From IMG/VR virus record IMGVR_UViG_2836862175_000007, positions 13,538 to 77,537 of that record: a stretch of 64,000 nucleotides of DNA, one strand, 5' to 3'. Positions 10,640-19,806 of the stretch are shown piece by piece. The translations under genes were made by a program, and so were the position numbers. Position 1 is the first letter of the stretch, and the number at the start of each line of letters is the position of its first letter. Below the pieces are notes generated by a model. It was not told the origin of the DNA. It searched no databases and saw only the letters and a program-made list of their open reading frames with translations. This DNA comes from a virus (Duplodnaviria; Caudoviricetes).

Positions 10640-11731
10640 ATGAGTAACGGCGTTCCCGCACCCAGTCCGGTTTCACCGCGGACACACATCCCGGCACTCG
10701 ACGTGCTTCGCGCGGCGGCGATCGTGTGGGTCGTCCTGCGGCACACGCACGGGGGCGGATACCTGCCGGAGCACCTGAACCCAAATATCGGGAGGCTCCT
10801 GTCATCCGGAGATGCGGGCGTAGACCTGTTCTTTGTTTTGAGCGGCTACCTGATCGCGACGATCGTACTGGGTGAAGCGGGGGCGAGCGGCCGGCTCGAC
10901 GTCCGGCGCTTCTGGTACCGCCGCTGGATGCGCACGCTCCCGGCCTATTACGTCATGCTGGCCCTGATCGCGCTCGGCGACCTCGTTTATACGGCAGCGG
11001 GGTCGTGGTCGCCGCGGTGGAGCTACCTCGTCTTCATGCAATCAACGCTGATCGGGTTCGATAACATGCGGTTCGCCTGGTCCTGGTCGCTTTGCGTAGA
11101 AGAGCTGTTCTACCTCATCCTGCCGGTGCTGGTGGTGGGGGCGCTGCGGCTGCGCGTTCCCGCGCGGGCGGCCCTCCGGCTGATCGCCTGCGGCGCAATC
11201 GTGATGTCCGTTGCCGGCCGGGCGGCGCTGGGGATGTACGGCGCGGCCGGCAGCCACACGCCCGGGTACGGCGTGCCGTATTGCCGGATGGACGGACTCG
11301 CGGTGGGCCTGCTGATCGCGACCCTGGGACCGGGCCGCAGCGCCGCCACCTCGACGTTCCTCGGCCTGCTCGCCACCGCGGCCCTTGCGGTTTACGTCTG
11401 GGCCGACCAGCCGGAGTGGTTCAAGGACCAGCGATTCCTCCCGCTCTCGCTGATCTTTGGTGCCATGGTCTATGCCGGCATTTCCGCGGGGCCGTGGCGC
11501 AACCTGCGGGTTCCGGGGGCGTCCGGCGTTGCGGCCCTGTCGTACGCGATTTACCTGCTGCACCCGGTCATCGCGGTCGTAGTGATGAAGTTCGTGAGCG
11601 CCGCCTGGCCGATCAAAGTGCTCGCGTTCTGGTCCGTGTCTCTGGTCGCGGCGCTGGCGATGCGTTACGCAGTGGAGCTGCCGGCGCTCCGGTGGCGGGA
11701 CCGGCGCAAGGCCGTAACCGAACAGAAGTAG
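10640..11731 (+). CDS. acyltransferase-3 (OafA/YrhL-like)
   Basis: LDVLRAAA, GVDLFFVLSGYLI, RRWMRTLPAYY, WSLCVEELFY, SYAIYLLH. Confidence 0.93.
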   Translation: MSNGVPAPSPVSPRTHIPALDVLRAAAIVWVVLRHTHGGGYLPEHLNPNIGRLLSSGDAGVDLFFVLSGYLIATIVLGEAGASGRLDVRRFWYRRWMRTLPAYYVMLALIALGDLVYTAAGSWSPRWSYLVFMQSTLIGFDNMRFAWSWSLCVEELFYLILPVLVVGALRLRVPARAALRLIACGAIVMSVAGRAALGMYGAAGSHTPGYGVPYCRMDGLAVGLLIATLGPGRSAATSTFLGLLATAALAVYVWADQPEWFKDQRFLPLSLIFGAMVYAGISAGPWRNLRVPGASGVAALSYAIYLLHPVIAVVVMKFVSAAWPIKVLAFWSVSLVAALAMRYAVELPALRWRDRRKAVTEQK

Positions 11732-11739
11732 TTGAAGGC

Positions 11740-11928
11740 CGACCGCTGAAGTACGGGCTGGTAGGCTTGGTGCTGGTGGCATGCCTCCGCCGGGACACGT
11801 CCAGATCGGAGGCGAGTGTTGGGTTGGCAATCGCGCTCTCAACCGCCGCGGCGATCGGGCTTGCCTATCTGCTCTACCTCTGTGGCGAGAAGGCGGTAAT
11901 CCGCTTGTCCCGCAGGGTACAAGTTTAA
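11740..11928 (+). pseudogene. C-terminal fragment of an acyltransferase-3
   Basis: IGLAYLLYLCGEK resembles the AT3 last helix (S/Y..VE.P); no start. Confidence 0.45.
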
Positions 11929-12015
11929 TCGCGTCTGCCCCACAGCGACTCAGTTCAAGTGAAATTGCCCCCATTACCGAGTTCCACCTAATAGCCTCCA
12001 TTCAAATCAGCCATT

Positions 12016-12966
12016 ATGCAAAAAAATCGCGATGGCCGCTCAGACGAACTCAAGGCAGTAGCCATTGTGGCCGTCGTATGCATCCATGCAGGTCTTCCGT
12101 ATGCCGATATTCTCAGGTTTTGCGTACCAGTATTTCTGTCCATCTGGGCGTACCACTATGAACAGGGGTTATCACGTCGCCAAGATCGCACTTGGACATA
12201 CGCCCAACAGCGATTCGTCCGGTTGCTAATCCCATACTTATTTTGGACTGCTGTATACATACCACTCTTTCACACAAGCAGCGAGTGGCGATCAGTTCCG
12301 CCGAACGTGATTGTGAATGGCTGGCTAGGCGGCTACGGCTGGTCCGGACAGTATTTCTTCATCATACTGTTTCAATTAACATTGTTGTTTCCGCTATTGC
12401 GCCGCTACGCATCACCACTACCGCTGTGGATCGTTATAGCCGTGGGAGCGATCTGTAACCCACTGGCCGACTATTACTTGTTCAGATCTTACGTTGCGTC
12501 AGGGGTAGGCGATAGGCTCTTCGTCTATTGGTTACCCTACGTATTCGTCGGAATTGGCCTCGCACGTGGCACGATTCGACCGACGCTCTTACTGATGCCA
12601 TTGGCTACTGCGACCCTCTTGACGCCAACTGAGTTCTCACAACTTTTGCTCACCGTCCCGCGAGCATCACCCTACCTAGTGGTCAGTGTCACAGTGGGGT
12701 CGCTTGCGATATTGCTTGCAATGGGGCCAACGACTCGTGAGCCCTCGCTGCGGCAACTGCGGTGGCGACAAGTGATCCAGTACATCGGGCGCAACAGCTT
12801 TTCGATTTTCCTATCGCACTTACTATTCTTGAATCTTGGCGGCGTCCTGTTTGACATGTCCAATGTATCAATACGAGTTTTAATTACCGGTATTGCCATC
12901 ATAGGCGGCCTGGGGCTTGGAGTTGCTCTCAAGCGAATCCGCCTGGGAATTCTGGTTGGCCAGTAA
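12016..12966 (+). CDS. acyltransferase-3, low GC
   Basis: DELKAVAIVAVVCIH, RFCVPVF, RFVRLLIPYLFW, GRNSFSIFLSH. Confidence 0.9.
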   Translation: MQKNRDGRSDELKAVAIVAVVCIHAGLPYADILRFCVPVFLSIWAYHYEQGLSRRQDRTWTYAQQRFVRLLIPYLFWTAVYIPLFHTSSEWRSVPPNVIVNGWLGGYGWSGQYFFIILFQLTLLFPLLRRYASPLPLWIVIAVGAICNPLADYYLFRSYVASGVGDRLFVYWLPYVFVGIGLARGTIRPTLLLMPLATATLLTPTEFSQLLLTVPRASPYLVVSVTVGSLAILLAMGPTTREPSLRQLRWRQVIQYIGRNSFSIFLSHLLFLNLGGVLFDMSNVSIRVLITGIAIIGGLGLGVALKRIRLGILVGQ

Positions 12967-13152
12967 TCGGCCTTATCAAGTTCGGCGCTAACGCCGGATG
13001 TCGGCGATGTGGACGATGGTCTGGGGCGCGGGCGTGGATGGTTTCGCAAGTGCTTCTGCGGCCCACAGAAGCGCCATTAAGTGTATTTAAATAAGACTTT
13101 TAAATCATCACACTTGCCTGTTTCAAACCATGCTCAGATTAGGCCGCCGCGA

Positions 13153-14466
13153 TTACATCGCCAGTGCGGTCGCCAGCCCCACCCCCACCAGACCGCCAAT
13201 CGCGGTGTGCCCGGCCTGGATCGGGTGCGTGCCGTCGCCGGCGGTGCCCGCCGATGCGACGCTACTCAAATCCACGATCACATCCCCATAAATCCCACCC
13301 GAGTTGCTCAAGAGCGCGGCGTTAGTAGCCGCCTGAGCAGCCGCAAATGCAGTGGCGTCCGTACCACCGCTGAACAGGCTGGTGCGATTGATCACGGTGG
13401 GGCATACGCTCTTGAACCCGGCCGCCCTGGAGTCCGCCACCCACTGCGCATGAGACGCTAGTGTCGATGCGACACTAGCACCAGATGCAAGCGAGTTAGT
13501 TAGCTCCCACTGAACCGCAACGTTCTTGGTTCCGGCTTGATACCACGTCCCCCACATCGCCGCATCGCGACTTTGGAGCGCGGACGTGGTAGCGCCAGAA
13601 CTCCCCCAGTTGCGCCAATCATGGGCTGACACGCTGGCGGCGTCCGCAGCGATCGAGGCGAACGGTGCAAATCCGGCAGACGCGCCGTATGTGATCGAGT
13701 TACCGGTGAAGATGACGTTAACGGACCGACTCGGGAGTGTGATCCCGAAGGTAGCCATACGGGCTTGAACCGCTGCCTGGAGTTGCGGGCCAGTGAGTCC
13801 GGTCGCCCACACGTCAAGCTGCGCGAGATCCCCCCCCGAATTCACCCCGGAGATGGTCCCGATTCCGATTGCCGGCCTCGTTCCGGCGGCTAATGGCGTG
13901 GCGCTGGCGCGAGCCAACCGCCCGTTGACACACCACTGATATCCGCTCGCCACACTCGTGAACCCGATCACCCAGAAACCGGTCAGTGGCGCGCCGTACT
14001 CGCTCGGCAGGTAGCTCCCCAAACTACCAATCTCAGGGCGCTGATATCCGTTAATCAAATGCAGCCCCGCGCTACCGAAGTTATCAGCGGTCGTGAGCAC
14101 GTTCACGCATGAAGCCCGATCCGTCCGGCGCCTCTCGTAAACGATTACCATCGCGTGGTTTTGCATATCCAGGGGCGCCGGCAGCACTCCGCCGATCAGT
14201 ACCGCTGCGTCGGCGCGCACCGCGTGTTTCCCAATGCCGGCCGCGTCCTTCTGATATGTGCAAAAATTCGACCCAATGTCCGTTAGTTTTCCTCCGCCTA
14301 CACCTGTCCAGCACTTTACTAATTGGCCGGTCGCCGTCGCCGGGGTAGTACCGGCCGTGTCTGTGAAGTGACCGCCGGTAGACAGCCATGATTCCTGTGG
14401 CGATGGCACGGTAATGCCGCCCGTCCGCCGCAACTGATTGATCGCCAGCCCCACGCCCGATTTCAT
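13153..14466 (-). CDS. putative head-spike fibre with lectin-like and SGNH esterase domains
   Basis: SGNH blocks FTGNSIT, GSSGAT, ELTNS, DGTHP; N-terminus MKSGVGLAI; follows spike-base gene. Confidence 0.65.
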   Translation of the reverse strand: MKSGVGLAINQLRRTGGITVPSPQESWLSTGGHFTDTAGTTPATATGQLVKCWTGVGGGKLTDIGSNFCTYQKDAAGIGKHAVRADAAVLIGGVLPAPLDMQNHAMVIVYERRRTDRASCVNVLTTADNFGSAGLHLINGYQRPEIGSLGSYLPSEYGAPLTGFWVIGFTSVASGYQWCVNGRLARASATPLAAGTRPAIGIGTISGVNSGGDLAQLDVWATGLTGPQLQAAVQARMATFGITLPSRSVNVIFTGNSITYGASAGFAPFASIAADAASVSAHDWRNWGSSGATTSALQSRDAAMWGTWYQAGTKNVAVQWELTNSLASGASVASTLASHAQWVADSRAAGFKSVCPTVINRTSLFSGGTDATAFAAAQAATNAALLSNSGGIYGDVIVDLSSVASAGTAGDGTHPIQAGHTAIGGLVGVGLATALAM

Positions 14467-14476
14467 CGCGCTCCCC

Positions 14477-14719
14477 TCATGCGTAGGCGACGATGTCGGC
14501 GGCGGTGGTGCCCGTGGCGTTCACGCGCACGCCCTCGACCGGCAGGCACTCGCCGCCCTGGCAGTTCTTGAACGTGACCGCGGCGCCGTCCTTTCGCACC
14601 ACCACCACGTCCCCGGCGGCGCCGATCCGCAAGGACCGGAACGCGCGCGGGGCGTTCGCCGTGTTGCTCGGGGTGACCGCGAAATAGTAGTCGCTCGGGT
14701 CCGATAGGCTCGCCGGCAT
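14477..14719 (-). CDS. spike base protein (RcGTA Rcc01079-like)
   Basis: AVTPS..RSLRIGAAGDV..VTF..G..LPV..RV.ATGTTAADIVA; GGAGG RBS. Confidence 0.8.
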   Translation of the reverse strand: MPASLSDPSDYYFAVTPSNTANAPRAFRSLRIGAAGDVVVVRKDGAAVTFKNCQGGECLPVEGVRVNATGTTAADIVAYA

Positions 14720-14763
14720 GTCCGCATCCTCCACAGGTTCCCGGCCGATGGCACGCGACACAA

Positions 14764-17241
14764 TCACCCGGTCGGGGCGTCCGGCCACGGCCCCCACTTC
14801 GGCGCCTGCCCCTTCTTCACCAGCCCGCACGATTCGGTTGCGAGGGGCAGCTTGGCCTCCAGCGGGCACCCGCACGCGGCGCACGCGTCCAGCGCCCGCT
14901 CCTCGCACAGCGCGCACTCCGCTTGGCGCGATTCGAGCACCTCCAGCGGCACCGTCCGGCGCCCGCCCGCCACGTGCCGCGCCATCGCCGCCGTGTAGTT
15001 CATCGCCTGGCGCCACAGCGCCGGCTTCGCCCTCACGTCCTCGGCGCACCGCGACAGAACCATCAGCCCGTGGTTGTTCCGATCGCGGCGCTTCACCACC
15101 CAGCCCGGGTGGCGGTGGCAGAAGGTTCGCAGCGCGTGCAGCACGCCCGGGGCGTCGGGCCGGTCGCCGCTCTCCCCAAACGTCTCGGTGCAGTGAACCA
15201 CGATGTACTTCGCCACCCGCTCGTGGTGCCGCTCCAGCAGGGGCATGAGCGCGTCGGCGGTGTGATCGGTGTCGATGAACAGCAGGTCCACCGGGGGCAG
15301 GTCCGCGGCCGCCGGGTCGGCGGTGCGGCCCTCGAACCGCGCGCCCAGCCAACCCCTCAACCGCTCCCACTGCGGCTTCGGCCGGGGGCACACGCTCACG
15401 AACGTGCCGTCGGCCGGGAGGCCGGCGACGAGCGCCGCGTCCGCCGGCTTCATCCACAGCGACAGCTCCGCGGCGCTCGCGCAGCCGGCCGCCAGCGCGC
15501 GCAGCGTGCCGACGTGCTCGTGGAAGTCGGACGGCTTCGCGGCCGACGCCTCGGCCCACGCGGCGGGCGTCGGGTGCGCGTTCGCCTCGCACGCCGAGCA
15601 CCCGGCCGGCTTCTGCGGTTTGAACTGCGTCACGTCCACGCTCGACACCGTCGTCATCGGGCCGGGCCACCAGTGACGCGCCTCGCCCCAGTGCGGGTGC
15701 CACAGGGACGCGCCGCGCGGCTCGTAGCACACGTCCCCGTGCGCCGTGAACCGGCCGGCGGTGTGGTTCACGTGAACGGCCGGCGTGCCGCTCATGCCCG
15801 CGGGGTCGGCGGGGTCCAGCCGCGCCCAGGCGGACCGGTCGGCCCCGTGGTCCGGTTCGAGGACCACCGGACCACCGCCGGCCGCTTCCGTTTCGGCGCG
15901 GGTCAGGTTCGTGAGGAAGGTGTCCCACCGCAGGGCCAGCTGGTGCAGCGGCTCGTGTCGCTCGCGCACCGGCTGCCAGCCGGTGCCGTTGAGGCCGATG
16001 TAATCGAGGTGCGATACCACCGGGGCCGACGGGTGCGCGGCGAGGGCGTCGCCGAGCCGGTCGAAGTACCCGGGCGGGTACAGCACGTCGTGCTCGCAGA
16101 ACGCGACGGCGTCGAACTGCGAGCCGTCCGCGATCGCCGCTGCCGCGGCGGCCCGGATCTGCGCGGCGATGGTGGCGTGCGCGCGGCGCTTTTCACCGGC
16201 GAACGTGGTCCAGTGGTCCCCGACCCGCACCCCGGCGACCGGTTCCCACCCGCACGCGCTCACGGTCACGTCGTGCCGTAAGGTCTGGTCGCGGGCGTGG
16301 GTCACGGTCTCGGCGCTCCGCTGGAGCAGCGCGGCGGGGGCGCTGTTGTCCGTGTACCAGACCGCCAGGATGCGCTGGCGCTTCGGCCCCGGACGCGGGC
16401 CGCCGACCGGCTGCACCGCCTCGGACCGCTCCACCAGCCGCCCCCAGGTGTCCGCGGGCAGCCCCTTCCCGAAGTGCTCGCGGATCTGCGGGACCGCGTC
16501 GATTCCGAGTTCCCGGTGACCGATCAGCAGGTTCCACACGTGGTCCTCGGTGCGGAGCGGGTACGGGGGCGGCGGGTTGTTGTGCCAGCCGGACACGTCG
16601 CGGAACTTGTGCCGCCACCGCAGCCCGGGCACGCACAGCGCCCGGCCCCCGCGGCGCCGCACCACCTCGTGAACGTACCCTTCTTCGCCCCCGAACCCGT
16701 TGAACAGCGGGTGGAACCCGGGCCACGCCGCGGTGCGCATGAGCCACAGCCCGAGGCCCATCATGGGGATCTCGAACGGCTCGCCGGCGGGGGCCGCGCC
16801 GCGCGGGTCCGTGTCCCAGGTGCCCCACAGCCCGCCGCCCGGGTTCGGTCGCCAGTGGGTCGCCAGCCCGCGGCCGTCGTCGTGCACCAGCGGCCCGGAC
16901 ACGATGTCCCGCGAGTCCGGATAACGTGAGGCGAAGTAGAGGGCCGCCTGCACCGCACCCGTTTCCAGAATCACGTGGCTGTCGATGCACAGGGCCCACG
17001 GGGTGCGAGCGAACCGGAACACGGCGTCCCGGGGCTTGGACGTACCGGTGAGGTCCGGGCGGTGCAGGTACCGGCCGCCCACGGCCCGGGTGATCGCCTC
17101 CACCCGCGGGTCCCGCTCCGGGGTATTGTCCACCACCAGGTACTCGACCCGCGGGTGGTTCGCGGCCAGGGCCGAGAGCACGAACCACACGTGGTCCGGC
17201 TCGCCCCGGGTCGCCATGCCGATCGTCAGCGGGCTGCTCAT
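14764..17241 (-). CDS. multidomain glycosyltransferase (two GT-A-like domains, SAM-methyltransferase-like, Cys-rich tail)
   Basis: VVDN, CIDSH, GFGGEE; second domain FCEHDVLY; DLLFIDTDHT; CALC..CAACGC. Confidence 0.8.
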   Translation of the reverse strand: MSSPLTIGMATRGEPDHVWFVLSALAANHPRVEYLVVDNTPERDPRVEAITRAVGGRYLHRPDLTGTSKPRDAVFRFARTPWALCIDSHVILETGAVQAALYFASRYPDSRDIVSGPLVHDDGRGLATHWRPNPGGGLWGTWDTDPRGAAPAGEPFEIPMMGLGLWLMRTAAWPGFHPLFNGFGGEEGYVHEVVRRRGGRALCVPGLRWRHKFRDVSGWHNNPPPPYPLRTEDHVWNLLIGHRELGIDAVPQIREHFGKGLPADTWGRLVERSEAVQPVGGPRPGPKRQRILAVWYTDNSAPAALLQRSAETVTHARDQTLRHDVTVSACGWEPVAGVRVGDHWTTFAGEKRRAHATIAAQIRAAAAAAIADGSQFDAVAFCEHDVLYPPGYFDRLGDALAAHPSAPVVSHLDYIGLNGTGWQPVRERHEPLHQLALRWDTFLTNLTRAETEAAGGGPVVLEPDHGADRSAWARLDPADPAGMSGTPAVHVNHTAGRFTAHGDVCYEPRGASLWHPHWGEARHWWPGPMTTVSSVDVTQFKPQKPAGCSACEANAHPTPAAWAEASAAKPSDFHEHVGTLRALAAGCASAAELSLWMKPADAALVAGLPADGTFVSVCPRPKPQWERLRGWLGARFEGRTADPAAADLPPVDLLFIDTDHTADALMPLLERHHERVAKYIVVHCTETFGESGDRPDAPGVLHALRTFCHRHPGWVVKRRDRNNHGLMVLSRCAEDVRAKPALWRQAMNYTAAMARHVAGGRRTVPLEVLESRQAECALCEERALDACAACGCPLEAKLPLATESCGLVKKGQAPKWGPWPDAPTG

Positions 17242-17270
17242 CCCGATCCTCTCGTGAAGCTGTGGTCGAA

Positions 17271-18887
17271 TCAGTCCGGACTGGCCGTCGGGCCACCGGT
17301 GCCGGTCCCGGTGGTCACGGGCGCCGGCGGCGGTGTGGTGGTCGTGCCCCCGATCCCGCCCACGCACGTGCCGTTGCACAACGCCAGGGACATCGGCCCC
17401 GTGACCGTGCAGCCCGCGCACTGGTTAATCGGATCGAAGGAGCACGTGTTGACCCCCAGCGGGCACTGGCAGCAGAAGTAGTCCACCACCGGGCCGGCCG
17501 TGGTGGTGGTCGGCGCGGGCGTCGTGGTCGGCGCGGTGGTGGTGACCGGCGGCGGGCCGGCGGTGGTGGTCGTTGTGCTGGTCGTCGCGGGGGCCGGGGT
17601 GGTCGTGGGGCCGGCGGTGGTGGTGGTCGGCGGCTGGCACGCGGCCACGCACGCCGCGCTGTCGCCGAGGTACGGGCCGGACTTCTGCACGCACCCGGCG
17701 GGCATCGTGGGCGTCGCGGCGCACCCCCAGAACCCGTAGCTCGGGTTCTCCGTGCAGTCGTAGCACCACCACTGGAGCGGGCCGGCGGTGGTGGTGGTGG
17801 GCGGCGCGGCGGTGGTCGTGGTCGGCACGCCCTGCACGCACGCGCCGGCGGCCTGCGAGCAGGTGCCGGCCGGGGCGTACAGCGGGCGGTCGCACACGCA
17901 CCCGGCGCCCACGCACGGCCGCACGATCTGGTTCCAGCTCGCGCCGTCCGTGCTCCCCCAGAGGCAGTCCCCGCCGCACGCGGTCGGCGGGCCGGCGGTG
18001 GTCACCGTCTGGCACGGGTTGTTGCCCTGTGGGGAGTAGCACGGGGTGCTCACCTCCTGGCCGCACCGCGAGCCGGGCGCGGCCGGGCGGTCGCACGCGC
18101 AGCCCGACACCCCGTAGGACGAGCAACTGCCGGTGACCCACTCCCAGCCGAGTTCCGCGCTCACCCACATCCACCGGCACGAGCCGGTGCAGTAGTAGGG
18201 CGGCACCTGGCACGGGGTCGTCGCCTCGGTCGCGCACTCGGACACGGTGCAGGGGCCGGCCGGGCGCGGGCACGGGCAGGCGCCCGAGCACCCGTTCGAC
18301 CGCTGCACCCAGCCGCGCACCGGGTGGCAGTACCACACGCACCCGGCGGCGCACGCGCCCGGGGTCGTGGTCCCGCACGCGCCCGGGGTGGTCGTGGCGC
18401 CGGTGCAGCTCGGCGCCGGCGCGTCCGCGGCGAGGCGCCCGCACGCGGTGGTGGCGCAGGCGTCGGCGGCGGGGCACCACGTCGGGGCGAGGCAGTGACA
18501 GCCGGCGGCGCAGGTGGAGGTGGTGCGGGTCCAGGCCTTCGAGGCGGCGGAGTAGGTCCACTGGCACGCGCCGGCGCACGGGCCGGCGGTGGTGGTCGTG
18601 GTCGTTGTCGTGGAGGAAGTGGCGCCGGCGGTGACCGCGAACTCGTACCACATCTGGCCGGCGACGAACCCCCGCTCGCGCAACCAGACCACGGTGCCGG
18701 GCGCCACCTCGCGGTCGTTCAGCTCGACCGCGGGGTTGACGCTCGTCGTGCCGCGGCGGTAGCCGAGCGGGTCCAGGTCGCCGCCGGTTCCCAGGTCGGT
18801 GCCCTGCTCCTTCCAGCCGTAGCGCCAACGGCCAGACGAGTCGTCCTTGGCGGTGATGACGGCGCGGATCAGCAGCGGTTCGGCCAT
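17271..18887 (-). CDS. Cys-rich, Thr-rich (mucin-like) putative fibre/adhesin
   Basis: Repeated C.G.C.W..W..C..GC.C modules separated by TTTTT(A)GP linkers; distal to tail genes. Confidence 0.7.
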   Translation of the reverse strand: MAEPLLIRAVITAKDDSSGRWRYGWKEQGTDLGTGGDLDPLGYRRGTTSVNPAVELNDREVAPGTVVWLRERGFVAGQMWYEFAVTAGATSSTTTTTTTTAGPCAGACQWTYSAASKAWTRTTSTCAAGCHCLAPTWCPAADACATTACGRLAADAPAPSCTGATTTPGACGTTTPGACAAGCVWYCHPVRGWVQRSNGCSGACPCPRPAGPCTVSECATEATTPCQVPPYYCTGSCRWMWVSAELGWEWVTGSCSSYGVSGCACDRPAAPGSRCGQEVSTPCYSPQGNNPCQTVTTAGPPTACGGDCLWGSTDGASWNQIVRPCVGAGCVCDRPLYAPAGTCSQAAGACVQGVPTTTTAAPPTTTTAGPLQWWCYDCTENPSYGFWGCAATPTMPAGCVQKSGPYLGDSAACVAACQPPTTTTAGPTTTPAPATTSTTTTTAGPPPVTTTAPTTTPAPTTTTAGPVVDYFCCQCPLGVNTCSFDPINQCAGCTVTGPMSLALCNGTCVGGIGGTTTTPPPAPVTTGTGTGGPTASPD

Positions 18888-18998
18888 GCCCCGGCCGATG
18901 GCAGCGGCCCCGGTTGCCCGTTGCCCCACCCCGGCGGGTCGCTTAAGCTGGCCCGCCGCGGACGCCTCACGCCGAGCGTCCTTCCCACGGGAGCCGAC

Positions 18999-19397
18999 AT
19001 GCGGATCGCCCCGAACGTCCTCACCGCGCTGCTGGCGGCGGCGCACCTGTTCTTCTTCGTTCTCGAGGCGGTGATCTGGAACACGCCGGCGGCCGACCGG
19101 TTCCGTGAAACGCTCAACTTCAAGAACGACCAGACCGAGGGGGCGAAGGTCGCGATCAACCAGGGGCTCTGCAACGCGTTCCTGGCGCGCGGGCTCGTAC
19201 TGGGCCTGTTGCGGTTGCGGGCGGGCCGGCCCGACGGCCGGCTGGTGCTGTGCCTGTTCCTCGGGTTCATCGCCGTCGCGGGCGTTGTGGGGTACTGGTC
19301 GGTTCAGCCGGAGCCGCGCGGGGCGGTCGCGTTCCTGGTCGGGCAGACGGGGCTGGCGCTCGCCGCGCTGGTGTGCCTCTTCCGACAGCCGGCGTGA
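18999..19397 (+). CDS. DUF1304-like membrane protein
   Basis: HLFFFVLE..W, NQGLCNAFLA; four hydrophobic segments. Confidence 0.8.
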   Translation: MRIAPNVLTALLAAAHLFFFVLEAVIWNTPAADRFRETLNFKNDQTEGAKVAINQGLCNAFLARGLVLGLLRLRAGRPDGRLVLCLFLGFIAVAGVVGYWSVQPEPRGAVAFLVGQTGLALAALVCLFRQPA

Positions 19398-19517
19398 TGC
19401 CGACCGGCGCACCAACGTGGCGGATTATCCACTTCGCGCCCGCCTTGCGCCCGGTTACCCTGAAACAGCCGCTCGCGACTCGCCGCAGCGGCCCCTCAGA
19501 CTCAGCCCGGTCGCCCC

Positions 19518-19703
19518 ATGCATCCCTGGGAATACCTCGCCCTGGCGGCAGCGCTGCTGCTGGTCGCGTTCGCGGCGCTCGGCCCGGCCGGCCGGGCCGA
19601 CTCGGGCTCCGATGAGCGGAGAGTACCGCTTTGGGTCGCCGTCGTGGCCGCGGTCAGCGCCACGGGGGCCGTGGTAAGTGCGCTGGCCCGGGTCGCGTTC
19701 TGA
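19518..19703 (+). CDS. small two-TM protein
   Basis: Two hydrophobic segments in 61 aa. Confidence 0.5.
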   Translation: MHPWEYLALAAALLLVAFAALGPAGRADSGSDERRVPLWVAVVAAVSATGAVVSALARVAF

Positions 19704-19806
19704 GCCCCCGATCCCCCTTCGCGCCCGCCCGGCCCTGGATTACCCTCAGCGCCGCGGGCGCCGCGCGGGCCGGCCCCGCCGGTGCCCGGCTCGCACTCCC
19801 GGCCCG

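Noticed and set aside
14740-14765. Sigma-54 promoter suggested by TGGCAC within the 14-mer motif
   Set aside because: TGGCAC is on the non-coding strand and lacks the TTGC element at the required spacing
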